Positions 14,106 through 27,681 of a stretch of 64,000 nucleotides of DNA are shown piece after piece. Under the pieces are notes generated by a model. The model was given only the letters and a program-made list of their open reading frames with translations, ran no database searches and was not told the DNA's origin. The position numbers were made by a program, and so were the translations under genes. The DNA lies in contig OX597817.1 in NCBI GenBank assembly GCA_951406725.2, positions 122,512,001 to 122,576,000 on the forward strand, given 5' to 3'. Every line of letters begins with the position of its first letter. Position 1 is the stretch's first letter. Source of the stretch: Octopus vulgaris. Taxonomy: Eukaryota.

Positions 14106-14208
14106 TCCACTGCATGGCACCTTGGGCAAGTGTCTTCTACTATAGCCTTGGGCCTACCAAAGCCTTGTGAGTGGATTTGGTAGACAGAAACTGAAAGAAG
14201 CCCATCGT

Positions 14209-14242
<34 letters not shown>

Positions 14243-14456
14243 ATGTGTGTCTGTTTGTGTGTTTGTCCCCCCAACATCGCTTGACAACAGATGCTGGTGT
14301 GTTTACGTACCTGTAACTTAGTGGTTTGGCAAAAGAGACCAATAGAATAAGTACTAGGCTTACGAAGAATAAGTCCTGGGATCGATTTGCTTGACTAAAG
14401 GCGGTGCTCCAGCATGGCCACAGTCAAATGACTGAAACAAGTAAAAGAGTAAAAAA
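14106..14456 (+). mobile_element. Family-A SINE, 5'-truncated
   Basis: High similarity to the 11540-11932 and 43274-43678 copies. Confidence 0.9.
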
Positions 14457-14896
14457 GTCAGCCAGTGGGGATGCTGAGAGTGCATTTATGTTACTTTGTG
14501 GCAACATAAATATGTAAAAACAATTAGCAAAAGCATGGTGTAGGCTACCAGATCATACTCATTTATGAGTGCGAGCTTTAGTTTTTATTTTGGTTTGGTT
14601 TTGACAGCCAATTTGTTAAAGTAATATATGTGTTTCTGTCCTTTTAGACCTCATCAGTGAAACATATTAAAGTTAACCGACAAGACTGAAGGGTTTCAGA
14701 ATAAACAGAAGGAATGTAATGAGACTGATTATGAGTATCAACAACATAGATATGGAAAAAAAAATATCTATGGAACATTTGATATCCTAAATACAAGGTG
14801 TGGCTACTCAGAACTGAACTAGGGTGAAACAACATAAATGACAACAACATGAATGACAATTATGTGAAAAGCAGTAAACACTATGATCTTCGTAAT

Positions 14897-15112
14897 GATC
14901 CTTTCTACAGACGGCACAAGGCCTGAAATTTTGGTGAGAGGTGACTAGTTGATTACAATTGACCCCAGTGTTTCACTGGAGCTTATTTTGTTAACACCAA
15001 AAGGATGAAAGACAGAGTCGACCTTGGTGGAATTTGAACCCAGAATGTAAGGATGGATGAAATGTCACTAAACATTTTGCTCAGCATGCTAAAAATTCTG
15101 CCAGCTCACCAC
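14897..15112 (-). mobile_element. Family-B SINE
   Basis: GGATGAAAGACAGAGTCGACCTTGGTGGAATTTGAACCCAG match. Confidence 0.8.
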
Positions 15113-16326
15113 CATAATGATCTCTGTAATAATGATAGCAGTTTGATTATCCAAGATAACTGGCAAACAAAAGCTCTTTCTAAGAGGTGTTTATCTCTTT
15201 TGATGTCAAACCAACTGAGACTACCTTTAGTTTTATAATACAAATTACTGGTTTTGAGATAATCTAAATTAAAATCTGCCATCAAAATTTGTTAATTCAT
15301 GTTCTAAAAACCAACTAAATAATGACAATATTATTTTACTAAATTTTTCATTATTTCCAAATTAATTGAAAGAATGGCAGTGTATTACAGCAGAAAGATG
15401 ATAACAAAAGGATACAAATCTAAAAAAATATATATACCAGCAAAGGAGGTAATTCTTATAAGATCACCTGATCACAGAGGATTTTCTTCTATAGTGTCAC
15501 TCAACCTGCTACTAAAAAAAAGGTGTAATATTATTCTCAAGCCACATCTGGCATTAATAAAAAGGAAATAAGATGCATGGGGAGAATGTTGTCCTAGTTA
15601 CACTATGTCTAATAAAAAATTGAACTGGTCACTGCATAAGTCTGATAGCTCAGAGCTGAACTGGGACTAATAAATATGTATTAGCGATAAAGGTAATATT
15701 AATACTGAGAGGTAAAGAGAGAACATCCACTTTTAAGTGAGAATAAATATTACCTCTGGGACTAATAAAATGATGACTAGAATTTTTGGAGTAGACAGTG
15801 AACCTGAGGAGTTTTAGTCATGTGCTCCCAGAATAGTATATATTCTCAGAGTGAAGTACATAGGGAAACTGCACTGCTGCATCTATTTTGGATATAGTAA
15901 TAGAAGCTTTGCAGATAACTAACTTCTTAACATGAGACAAATATAACACTTACTCCCAGAAAATTATTTTAAGACATGCTGGCATTATTGTGTGTCTTAA
16001 ATGTTTGCATTATAGTGTTTACTTTTCAACCACCAGATTTTTGGTTCAGTCCTACTGTGTGGCACCTTTGGCAAGTTTTTCTATTATAGGCCCAGACTGA
16101 CCAAAGCCTCGTGAGTGGGTCTGAAAGATGGATATGGAAAGAAGCTCATTCTATGTGTGTATTTATGTGTGTGTGTGTATGTGAGCATGGATTTGTGTGT
16201 GCATGTGTATCTCCTTGCCTTGACATTGTGTAACTGCTGTAAAACAAGCATCACCATCATACAACTGCTAACCTTTATTTCCAATCTCCTGTAAAGATAT
16301 GCCTGGCCATTGAGGTAATATTACCT

Positions 16327-16559
16327 GTTTCTTTACTACCCACAAGGGGCTAAACACAGAGAGGACAAACAAGGACAAACAAAGGTATTAAATCGATTAC
16401 ATCGACCCCAGTGCATAATCGGTACTTAATTTATTGACCCCGAAAGGATGAAAGGCAAAGTCGACCTCGGCAGAATTTGAACTCAGAACGTAATGGCAGA
16501 CGAAATACCGCTAAGCATATCACCCAGCGTGCCACCGATTCTGTCAGCTTGCCGCCTTA
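16327..16559 (-). mobile_element. Family-B SINE, full length, with 16-bp TSD
   Basis: TGAGGTAATATTACCT at 16311-16326 and 16560-16575. Confidence 0.9.
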
Positions 16560-17873
16560 TGAGGTAATATTACCTTGGTAAGGAAGAAGGTGTAATAGGA
16601 AGGGCATCAGGCCATAGAAAATCTGCCTCCATGAATTCCATCTACTCCATGAAAGGAAAAAATAATTTTAACATGATGATGATGGTGAGAATTATGACAA
16701 CAACAATGATGACGAGAATGATGACGAGAATAACGACAATGACAACGAAGACAGTGACATACATCTCTTCCATAATATTTATGCCAAGATTGATAAACTA
16801 TTTTTCAATCAATGACAGTTGTCACCAATAGGCAGAAAAAAATTGCATTTTTTATTTTTCATTTTTCTGTTCTCACTTTCATTATTATTTCTTACTCGTA
16901 AAAAACAAATTAGTTTACAATTTTTTTTCCATTTTCTCATGTTCTTTCTGATTGTCCCAAAGGGACATACATCTATTAAATGGAGCACATTTTCTTTGAC
17001 CTAGTTCAAGCAACACAAATCCATCGTTTCCTTCTTTTTTTTTTTCAAAACTCTTTATTTTTAGCAATTGTTTTTACCTGGTTTTGGTTCCTAGTAATCA
17101 ATTCCTCAGTCTTTTAATAACAGACCACCTTTCTTTGTGATTAACAAAACGAAAAAAGGAAAAAAAGGAAAAAATGAAATTCTACTTCGAAATTTAATTG
17201 AAAGGAATAATTGCTATTTTCCTTTTCTTAAGAAAAAATAACAAAAATAAAACAAAAAATAATCACCCAATTAAAACTGATTGATCAATATTTAAAAAAC
17301 ATTTTTTATATGGTATTATGAGTTGTAGATGACTTCAAAAGACGCACAAAATATAGAAAAAAACGTTCATTTATTTATTTAAATCAAGGTGTAAACATTG
17401 GAAGGACAAAACAAAAAAATTGCTAGTCATAAATTATAATTTCTTTCTCTATGTTAAAACCTGGCATAATGTTGACTCTAAATTTGCTAGAAATAGCAGG
17501 TAAATTGCAATCAACAACCTTCATTGAAAGGGACAAATTGAAAAATTTAGTCCTAAATGTGCAATGCCATTAGAAACAGCTGTGGTAATCATGCCTAGAT
17601 TTTATTTTTTATAATAGGTTTGTCCAAGTGGGACTGACCTGGGGTTACATAACAACAACTGTGGAGTAAACTCCATAATTTTAACATAATTCTTAGTTGT
17701 ACACATTGTTATTTAACCTAAAGTCAACCACAACTGAGCATACTTATGATCAAAAACATTCCAACCATGACCTTTGTATAATATTCATTTTATACAGTTC
17801 TATATTTAAGAGATGAAGAATTATTTACATTATTTACATTTGATGGATATTTGTACTCATCTTGTTTGTTGTT

Positions 17874-17919
17874 AACACAACATTTTGGCTGATATACCCT
17901 CCAGCCTTCATCAGGTGTC
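17874..17919 (-). ncRNA. Minimal type-I hammerhead ribozyme, CpG-decayed
   Basis: GACAC-CUGAUGA-A-GGCUG(gagggtatat)CAGCC-AAAA-UG-UU-GUGUU; the other two copies supply GAAA and CG. Confidence 0.75.
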
Positions 17920-17990
17920 TTGGAAAAATTTCGAGCCTGGGTTCTCATTCCTAAGGTATTTTTCGATGTTATCATTATTATTATCATTCA

Positions 17991-18063
17991 GGTCACTGCC
18001 TAGAATCAAACTCGGAATCTTGGGGTTAGTAGCCCATGCTCTTAACCACTATGCCATATACCC
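17991..18063 (-). promoter_or_regulatory. tRNA-derived Pol III internal promoter (pseudo-tRNA)
   Basis: TGGCATAGTGGTTAAGAGC (A box/D arm), GGG-CTACTAA-CCC anticodon-like arm, GAGTTTGATTC B box (GAGTTCGATTCC in the second copy); acceptor stem does not pair. Confidence 0.75.
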
Positions 18064-19209
18064 ATGGGCAATTATGGCAATTTAAGGGCTTATAAATCTA
18101 ACATTTTCCTATCCTTTCTTAATACCGGTTCCCATACACTACTCATATCTGCACTTGATCTGCTTAGGAGGTTGTCGTGTCCTAGCATATGTGCTGCTTC
18201 TTTTAGTTTTCGTATTTTCCAGTGGTGTTCTCTGTCTATTATTTTAACTTCACCCCACAGGGATGGAGTGGATTAAATGAGTTTTCATTGTCCAAATGAG
18301 ATTTCATTTGGCATTACTGCTCTCCTACTCAAGATTCATGTCTCCCTTGTATGTCACATTTAGACTATTAGCTTCTCTTCTTAATTCCAACCATTTTACA
18401 TAGTGCATTTGGTGATATTTTTTTGTGAAAGTCTGCATAATGATGATTTAGAGCCTTTAGGTTATACTGTATTAAACAATAGTTAACATACTACATTTGT
18501 GATTTTTGGATTGCGGTTTGTAATTTATCATTTTTTGGTAAATAGGCAAAAATATGTATATTAATTGAAGTATACAGTATTATGTAACCATTATTATATA
18601 TCCAGTAGTAGATATATAATACTATTATGCTATATAATTTTGCACACTTTGATTAATATACCCACTCCATTGACAGATATACAAGTGCATATTCCTGATT
18701 TATAGACAACATTGTTATGGATAGCTGAAAAAATCTCATACCCTTTTCAGATCTAAGAACTCAAGCACACTGCTGAATTCTAGATCTGAAATTTTCAGTG
18801 GTTATAAGCATGTGGGTAAGTTCCTATAGACGAATTGAAAAGTAACACACTCTCTGGTCTGAGCAACTGTACTTCAGATTCTAAACCACTATCTTTTCAG
18901 CCTTATATTTAATGGTCAAAGGGAAACTATCTCTTATTTCCCACCTTTTGCTTCTTTCAGTTTTCTCTTTTGTTTTCTGGTTTTTCAACCTTCTACCTTT
19001 TATATCTACTTCTTTCTCATCTTTTCTCCCTTTTTCCTGTAATCCTATTTTTAGTTTTTTATGCCATGTGGGCAGTGCTTGAAGAGTGCGCTGAGACACT
19101 AGATGTTAGAAAATATATATATAAGGATAAGATCGTTAATTTAAATATCAATCTTATGAAGTGGCCAGTATGGAAATAAAAACCTTCAAAGATAATAATT
19201 ATTATTAAA

Positions 19210-19421
19210 ATTATAATTTAGGGTATCTAAGAGATACCACCACACTGGAAATAGCAGCCAAAATCTGACTCTAAAATCACATTAAATGTTCATACAGCTA
19301 GTTTGTTTCGCATTTTTGTCTTCTCTCCTGGTGCTGTATGAACATTTAATGTGGTTTTAGAGTCAGATTTTGGCTGCTATTTCCAGCGTGGCAGTATCTC
19401 TTAGATACCCTAAATTATAAT
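19210..19421. repeat. Inverted repeat, 89-bp arms, 34-nt spacer
   Basis: 19210-19298 versus 19333-19421, 4 mismatches by eye. Confidence 0.92.
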
Positions 19422-19859
19422 AATAATAATAATAATAATAATACATATATATGAATACTGAGGCTATTATATGCAACATGCTGTTGTATTGAACCCACGT
19501 TCATGCTGCTGCAGAAAGGTTTTTTTAATCTTATGACCATACCTGTAGTTCTATTTTGCTTAAACTATCTTGCATTGCAAGTCCCAGCACATCTTTATAC
19601 AACTATCTATTGTTTCTGCTTGGTCTATGTTTCAAAGTATAACGTTATAATGTATTCTACAAGTGAATCTCCTATATTTTACAAACTAATGCCATAAATC
19701 CTTTTGTTCTGAGTGAAACATTCTTTGGGGAATTTGGAAATCACAGAAGAACCATGTTCACATACACAAGTCAGGTTTTTTAATTTTGTGACAAGGATTT
19801 CTTCATTAAGATATGCAGTTAAAAATAATTCTTTTATATCCCAGTGAAATTCCAAAACA

Positions 19860-20325
19860 CTATCTATCTATCTATCTATCTACCTATCTGTATACATATC
19901 TATCTACCTATTTGTCTGTCTGTCTGTTTATCTATCCATTTCTCCATCTACCTATCCATGTATCTACTCCTCTACCCATCTATTTATCATTTATTTATTT
20001 ATCTATCCATCAGTCTTTCTGCCTGTTTGTCTATGTATTGATCTATCCCTCTATCTATCTATCTATCCTTCTATTTCTCTGTCCCACTATCTATTCATTT
20101 ATCTACCTACCTATCTATCCATTCATCCATCTACCTATCTGTCTATCCATCTATATATCTATCCTCTACCCATCTATTTATCGTTTATCAAATTATCTAT
20201 CCATCTCGCTTTCTGTCTGATTGTTTATCTATGTATTGATCTATTCATCTATCCGTTTATCCATCTATCTCTCTGTCCAACTATCTATTCATTTATCCAT
20301 CTATCTACTTTACTTATCTATCTAC
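19860..20325. repeat. Degenerate (TCTA)n/(TCCA)n tetranucleotide array
   Basis: Directly visible. Confidence 0.9.
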
Positions 20326-21180
20326 ATCATAATCGTTCTATTTCATAAATAATATTCTATATTTATATTTATTTTTCATCTTTTTCCTCTTCTGTGTCTG
20401 TCTTTGCTTCATAAACATTCCACATTATACTTAAAGCGTTTTTCCTCTTCTATCATATTACAATACTATTTATTGTACTTCACAAAAAAAAAAGACTACT
20501 TTAGATTTTCATTTCAAATCTTCTTCCTCTCTTTGCTTCTTAAAACTTCTGTGTTACACTTAATTTTACTTATTTTTTTTATTGGAAGAGAGTTATGTTA
20601 TCATTTTTCGATACAATACAATACTTTCTGATATACATTTTACGTATAATATTATTTGAATATGAGATACACAGTAAAGATTGTCAAGACAAATAGAATG
20701 TAAGAAAGAACAGTTATTTATTTATTTATTTATTTATTTATTTTTTGAATTTTAAATCATGATTGGTGTATAATAGCAATGCGCATTACAGGCTTCCAAC
20801 AATTCAATCGCTGGTTCACTGCATTTCTGATGATGCGAATGACAAGTGAGAGGCTATAATTTGCTGTTGAACTCTTTTCAAACAGGAACTTCCTCTGAAA
20901 AGCAATGCACTGTCTCTTTTATTTATTTATTTATTTATTTTATTTTGCTTATTTATTATTATTATTATTTTTTAAACCAGATGATTAGATCTACCACTGA
21001 TATACATCGGTGAATAATATGCATATACATACAACATAGCTACTTCTGTTTCAGAAAAGCATTTTCATCCTCCTCCTCATCATCATCTAGTATCCCCTTT
21101 TTTTACTCTATTGTCACAGGAACTGGTGAGCCAAAGAGCTGCACTGACAAGGTTTTTACAACTGGTCCCCTTCTTAGCAC

Positions 21181-21400
21181 TTTTACTTGTTCTCCAAACT
21201 GAAAGAGAACCTCGAAGACAGTCATTTTGAGGACACTGAGAAGATGAAGGCTGAGACAAGGGTCCAAGACACCTTTACATTCAAGGACTTCCATGATGCC
21301 TTCAGAAAGTAACTGGATTGCTACAGCAGGTGCACTGAAGTCAGATGAGCCTTCTTTGAAGGAGATTAGAGTTTTGTACTTCCTTGAAATTAATAAATGT
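21181..21400 (+). mobile_element. Mariner transposase C-terminal relic
   Basis: FYLFSKLKENLEDSHFEDTEKMK...FHDAFRK*LDCYSRCTEVR*AFFEGD*, matching the mariner (D)FxLFPKLK..L...F...C....G.YFE pattern, with stops. Confidence 0.8.
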
Positions 21401-21754
21401 CATCCACTCTACAATCACTTTAGTTTCAACACATGGCCTCAGATCAAATAAAAGGCTAAGATTCCTTTCAGTCATGAATAACCATGGGATTGCACCTAGA
21501 AAGCTCCCCTCCAAGGCACGAGTTTGGGTAAGGTTGTTTATAGAAGACCAGCAGTTTAGCAACCTAAACACATTTAAAACCTACCTGCTTTGAATATGGG
21601 TTTGTTCAATTTGGGCTGACAGAATCTTAAACAACAATCTGTCTCACAAACACATAAATGTACATTCATACATACATATAAAAACACTTATTTGCTATGT
21701 AAGTAAGAAGGAGAAAAGCACCAAGCATTTAATTTTGAAAGTACTGGTTCAAAA

Positions 21755-21977
21755 TATTCTTTTCTACTCAAGGCACAAGACCCGAAATTTGGTGGGAGGG
21801 GGCCAATCGATGAGATCGATCCCAGTACGCAACTGGTATTTAATTTATCGACTCCCCAAAAGGATGAAAGGCAAAGTTGACTTTGGCAGAATTTGAACTC
21901 AGAATGTAAAGACAGACAAAATACCGGTAAGCATTTCACCCAGTGTGCTAACGTTTCTGCCAGCTGACCACACCTTA
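21755..21977 (-). mobile_element. Family-B SINE
   Basis: Clear match to other family-B copies. Confidence 0.85.
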
Positions 21978-22171
21978 GTAGTGGGTTAACATATTGTTAT
22001 TAAAACTGAGAGGATGACAGTATCTGAACAAAACATTTTAAGCACTTAAAACAATTAGCAAAATCATGATTCATGTTACAGACATATTGACTTGTGACAG
22101 TTGTCTGTAGTTTATACACACACATATATATAATATACCATAATCTTTATATGTGTGTGTGTGTGTGTGTG

Positions 22172-22277
22172 TGTTAAATAAAATAACAAGGCCATGGCAA
22201 TATGATATCCTAGGACATTTATAAATGTCCAAGGAATATCATATTGCCTTGGCCTTGTTATCTTATTTTATTTAACA
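22172..22277. repeat. Spacer-less palindrome of about 105 bp between (TG)n and (CA)n
   Basis: Centre GGACATTTATAAATGTCC; arms ATAACAAGGCCATGGCAATATGATAT and ATATCATATTGCCTTGGCCTTGTTAT. Confidence 0.9.
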
Positions 22278-22504
22278 TATACACACTCACACACGACCTG
22301 TCTTAGACACTTCACTCATGCTAGTACTGAACTTGGAGCTTAACAGTGGTTCTTCCATGGCACTTACATAGCCTTAGCTGCCTTTGGAGCCTTCTGGATA
22401 CCAAAACATCTAATACTGTGTGTGTGTGTGTGCATGTGTGTAAGAGTGGGTGAGCATGAGAGCTTGTGGTATACACACACACACACACACACATATACAC
22501 TCTT

Positions 22505-22700
22505 ATCGTCATCATCATCTTCGTTTAGCGTCCGCTTTCCATGCTAGTATGGGTTGGACGGTTCAACTGGGGCCTGGGAAACCAGAAGGCTGCACCAGGT
22601 CCAGTCTGATCTGGCAATGTTTCTACGGCTGGATGCCCTTCCTAACGCCGACCACTCCGTGAGTATAATGGGTGCTTTTTACGTGCCACCAGCACAGGTG
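22505..22700 (-). mobile_element. Retroposon 3' part with RTE-like tail ending in (TGA)n
   Basis: TTTCCATGCTAGTATGGGTTGGAC...GGCTGGATGCCCTTCCTAACGCC; similar copies near 350, 26.85k, 41.25k and 53.35k. Confidence 0.65.
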
Positions 22701-23199
22701 CTAGACTCTTACTATATGATTATTTCTCGTATTGACATCCAGCCACAGACACAATAGCAAGGCAGATACTGGAGTGCAGTAAAATCCTGTGACACATTAG
22801 AACCTTGTCAAACAGTCCAAAACCATGCATGTCATCATGGAACATGGTCATTATATGATGACAATGATATACATATACATATATCTATGTGTGTGTATAT
22901 ATAATATATATATATGCATTTATATATACACACATATTGCTTGAAATGAGGAGTAGATAGACAGCCGACAACTGATGAAGGGTCGTTCTTTATGTTACTT
23001 GTCCTGTTTTCCCTTTATTTCTCTCACTGTTTGCCTATTGAAGTAATTTGTTTTCACATTTCATGTTTACTGTTTGTGACATCCTCTACCCACATATGCA
23101 TGTGTATATTTGTGTGTATGCAAGTATATATTATTTATATTATTATTTGATTGAACGCCATGCATCCATTTCCAAGTAAGTATAAATATATATATATAT

Positions 23200-23348
23200 A
23201 TAGGAGTGTCTGTGTGGTAAGTAACTTGCTTACCAACCACATGGTTCTGGGTTTAGTCCCATTACGTGGCACCTTGGGCAAGTGTCTTCTACTATAGCCT
23301 CAGGCCAACCAAAGCCTTGAGAGTGGACATAAACTGAAAGAAGCCTGT

Positions 23349-23352
<4 letters not shown>
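23200..23352 (+). mobile_element. Family-A SINE head ending at its internal (TA)n
   Basis: GGAGTGTCTGTGTGGTAAG...CCTTGGGCAAGTGTC...AAACTGAAAGAAGCC. Confidence 0.85.
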
Positions 23353-23401
<49 letters not shown>

Positions 23402-23842
23402 CATATGATATATATATATATATATATATATTATATAACATTACTAATAACATCATTATGATATAATGTCTGGCGTCAATGTTGGCAAATGTTGGGCAGT
23501 TCAGCAGGATAGGATACAGGGGAGTGCAGCATTCCTTGGTATGGTTTCAACATGTGGAAGCTCTGCTTACCTCTAATCACTTAACAGTGTGAACAAAATG
23601 ATGTTTCATAGCACATGAATTAGTGAAGACAAACTCATGGCTTGTAAGGCTAAGGGCATAATGTGGACACTATATGTGAGAGAGAATAGAAGGAACAGTG
23701 TGAAATGATTCAAGGTAAGCAGATGTGGAAATGTAATAAGATGATAGGCACAGAATTATTGTTGCGAAGGGTGGTGAAGGAGAGAGTAACAGAATAATGG
23801 GGTGGGCACTAATTTTGGGATGAGAAGAGTATGGCAGTGGTA

Positions 23843-25570
<1,728 letters not shown>

Positions 25571-26309
25571 CAACGCACACATGTATAATGGGGGCATACA
25601 TACATATTTATAAACATGCACAAATATTTATAGTCATGTATAAATTGAGGTATAGCTGGCAAGAATGCATTGATGTGTGTATATTTCAAATCATGTTTAC
25701 AAGCTTGTCCTTTTTTTTGCATTTATTTTAGTTTATATTTCAGAAATTTAATATTTTGTTTGTGGTCTTTTTTTGTTGTTACTGTTTGTGCAATTCTCAT
25801 AAGCCTACATTTAGTTTAATTTATAGTTTCCTTAATAAATACACAAGTGTGTAAATGGGTGTATGTATATATATATATAAATATATATATACTCATGAAA
25901 TCATGCCCACCCACACGTATATATATGTGTGTGTGTGTGTGTGTGTGCACATAGGTGTGTATGGAAGTGTGCATATATGTGTCTATGTATGGACGATTAC
26001 TTCTTTATGTGGTGTGTATTATTTTTCATACGCTTTATTTATTTGTGTGGAATATCAGAAAGCCAAAATTGTGATACAGAATATGTCTTTTAAACAGCAG
26101 AAAGAGTCCAATTCAATTTGACCTCATGGGTTCATTTCAATTGTTTGCTAATTTTACCACTGATTCTATAATGCGAAACAATTTCACTGCTCATTTGACA
26201 TATATATATACATATATATATATAAAATGACTGAGCAATAATATATAGATATATATATATATAAAAAATGGCTGAGCATTTTGAATATATATATATATAT
26301 ATATATATT

Positions 26310-26508
26310 CAAAATGTGACCGCGTGTTTACCGTTGGCGATTTTTTTCCTCTGTCTTCCCTTCTCTGGATCTTTCCTTCTCCTATGTTTCCGACGAAGAG
26401 CTCCGCTCAAAACGTTTAACCCTCCTTCTTTCTTTCGCGTCCAATAATATTATATTTGTTCCACGTCCTTGCGTTGTGTTTTTTTGTGCTTTCTTGTTTG
26501 GATTAACG

Positions 26509-26510
<2 letters not shown>
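26310..26510 (+). mobile_element. Short PLE-pLTR-like element between two (TA)n tracts with a degenerate hammerhead (26386-26420)
   Basis: GUUU-CCGACGA-A-GAGC(ucc)GCUC-AAAA-CG-UU-UAAC: same layout as the 17874 motif, core mutated. Confidence 0.55.
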
Positions 26511-26544
<34 letters not shown>

Positions 26545-26643
26545 CCTGCCAGCTATTTGCAGTATTAGTACCTGATTAGTTACTGTTTCTTTTTCTATAA
26601 TATCAAAGAAAGAAGATTTTACCAGTAGCAGTGACTGTAGTTA

Positions 26644-26694
26644 GATTGCTTCTGATGAAAAGCAGACAAGCTGAAATCATGTGATTTTGCAGTT
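26644..26694 (+). ncRNA. Hammerhead-like motif
   Basis: CUGAUGA-AA-AGC(agacaa)GCU-GAA-AUCAUGUGAU-U with wobble-palindromic stem III; stem I (GAUUGC/GCAGUU) is offset by mismatches. Confidence 0.45.
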
Positions 26695-27139
26695 CTACCA
26701 CCGGTACTGGGTAGTTTTTTCATTTGCCATTGATTCTTTGTACTTTCAAGCATTAAATGTCTGTATGAGATTCTCTCTTAAAGCAAGTTAGATATAAAAA
26801 TTGAAAGATTGATATACATCATCATTGTTATCCATCTTCTCATCCTCATTTAATGCCTGTTTTCCATACTGGCATGGATTGAATGGTTTCACAGAGGCTG
26901 ACTAGGCAGAAGACTGCACCAAGCTTTGCCGTCTGTTTTGGCAAGGGTTTTACAACTGGATGCCCTTCCTAATAGCAACAATATATACTTATATACATGT
27001 AAATATGTGTGTTTATATAAGACTCACAAGACTGTGTGCATTTAACCCAGATTTGCTTGTCTTCCTCTCTCTTTGTGTGTGTGTGTGTGTGTGTGTAGGG
27101 GGGTGCATTGTGCAGGTCCACATGTATGTATGTGTGTGT

Positions 27140-27319
27140 TTAACCTTTTAACAAATATTCTATCTGTTTTCATCCAACCTAGCCAGATCTAGTCTCTCTC
27201 ACCTGCCCTATAATATCATTCTGAAAATAATCAAAATTTCAAAGCTACAAGATAATGTATAATTAATTCAAAAACAGTGTGAATAAATAAGCATTACATT
27301 CGACATACTAAAGGGTTAA
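27140..27319. mobile_element. piggyBac-type MITE relic
   Basis: TTAA-CCTTTTA ... TAAAGGG-TTAA termini; a related interior occurs at about 15.2-15.4 kb in the opposite orientation. Confidence 0.55.
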
Positions 27320-27445
27320 ACCTTCGAATGAAACACTTCATAGTAGAGAAGAAAAAAGAGAATACTTGACAATGAAAAGTGACTATCAAACATTATTTAC
27401 ATTATTTACATTTTGATGGATTTTGCCTTCATCTTGTTTGTCGAT

Positions 27446-27491
27446 AACACAATATTTCAGATGATATACCCTCCAGCTTTCATCAGGTGAC
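27446..27491 (-). ncRNA. Minimal type-I hammerhead, copy 2
   Basis: GUCAC-CUGAUGA-A-AGCUG(gagggtatat)CAUCU-GAAA-UA-UU-GUGUU; core intact, stem II eroded. Confidence 0.65.
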
Positions 27492-27640
27492 TTTGGGAAG
27501 TTTCAAACCCGGGTTCTCATTTCTAAGGTATTTTTTGAAGTTGTTGTTATCATTATTAATCAGGTCACTGTTTGGAATCGAACTCGGAATCTTGGGGTTA
27601 GTAGCCTGTGCTTTTAACCACTATGTCATATGCCTGTTGG

Positions 27641-27681
27641 CTGATGAAGGCTGAAGGTTATATCAGCCAAAACGCTGTGTT
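27641..27681 (+). ncRNA. Hammerhead copy 3 (inverted arm, lacks 5' strand of stem I)
   Basis: CUGAUGA-A-GGCUG(aaggttatat)CAGCC-AAAA-CG-CU-GUGUU. Confidence 0.6.

Larger units (their letters stand above)
17790..18270 (-). mobile_element. Penelope/Poseidon-like PLE 3' fragment: endonuclease C-terminus, tRNA-like segment, hammerhead, 3' end
   Basis: 18260-18090 reads LWGEVKIIDREHHWKIRKLKEAAHMLGHDNLLSRSSADMSSVWEPVLRKDRKMLDL*, typical of the end of a Penelope GIY-YIG domain; the downstream part matches 27392-27772. Confidence 0.8.

Noticed and set aside
14620-14665. Minus-strand CUGAUGA-GGUC(taaaag)GACA-GAAAC hammerhead-like string
   Set aside because: No stem I or valid cleavage-site geometry could be built and stem II is mismatched at its base; at best a decayed relic.
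17790-17987. 65-aa ORF spanning the hammerhead
   Set aside because: Starts in an (ATA)n linker, overlaps the RNA motif and resembles no protein I recognise.
17991-18063. Functional tRNA gene (ACT anticodon-like loop)
   Set aside because: Acceptor and T stems do not pair, and it lies inside a repeat; treated as a tRNA-derived promoter. The same applies to all SINE heads.
20760-20915. Possible promoter or enhancer (ATTGG, TGCGCA, GGAACTTCC) with CTGATGA
   Set aside because: Short motifs expected by chance; no linked gene and no hammerhead stems.
22940-23180. CTGATGAAGG in a repeat-like segment between (TA)n tracts
   Set aside because: No downstream stem II plus GAAA.
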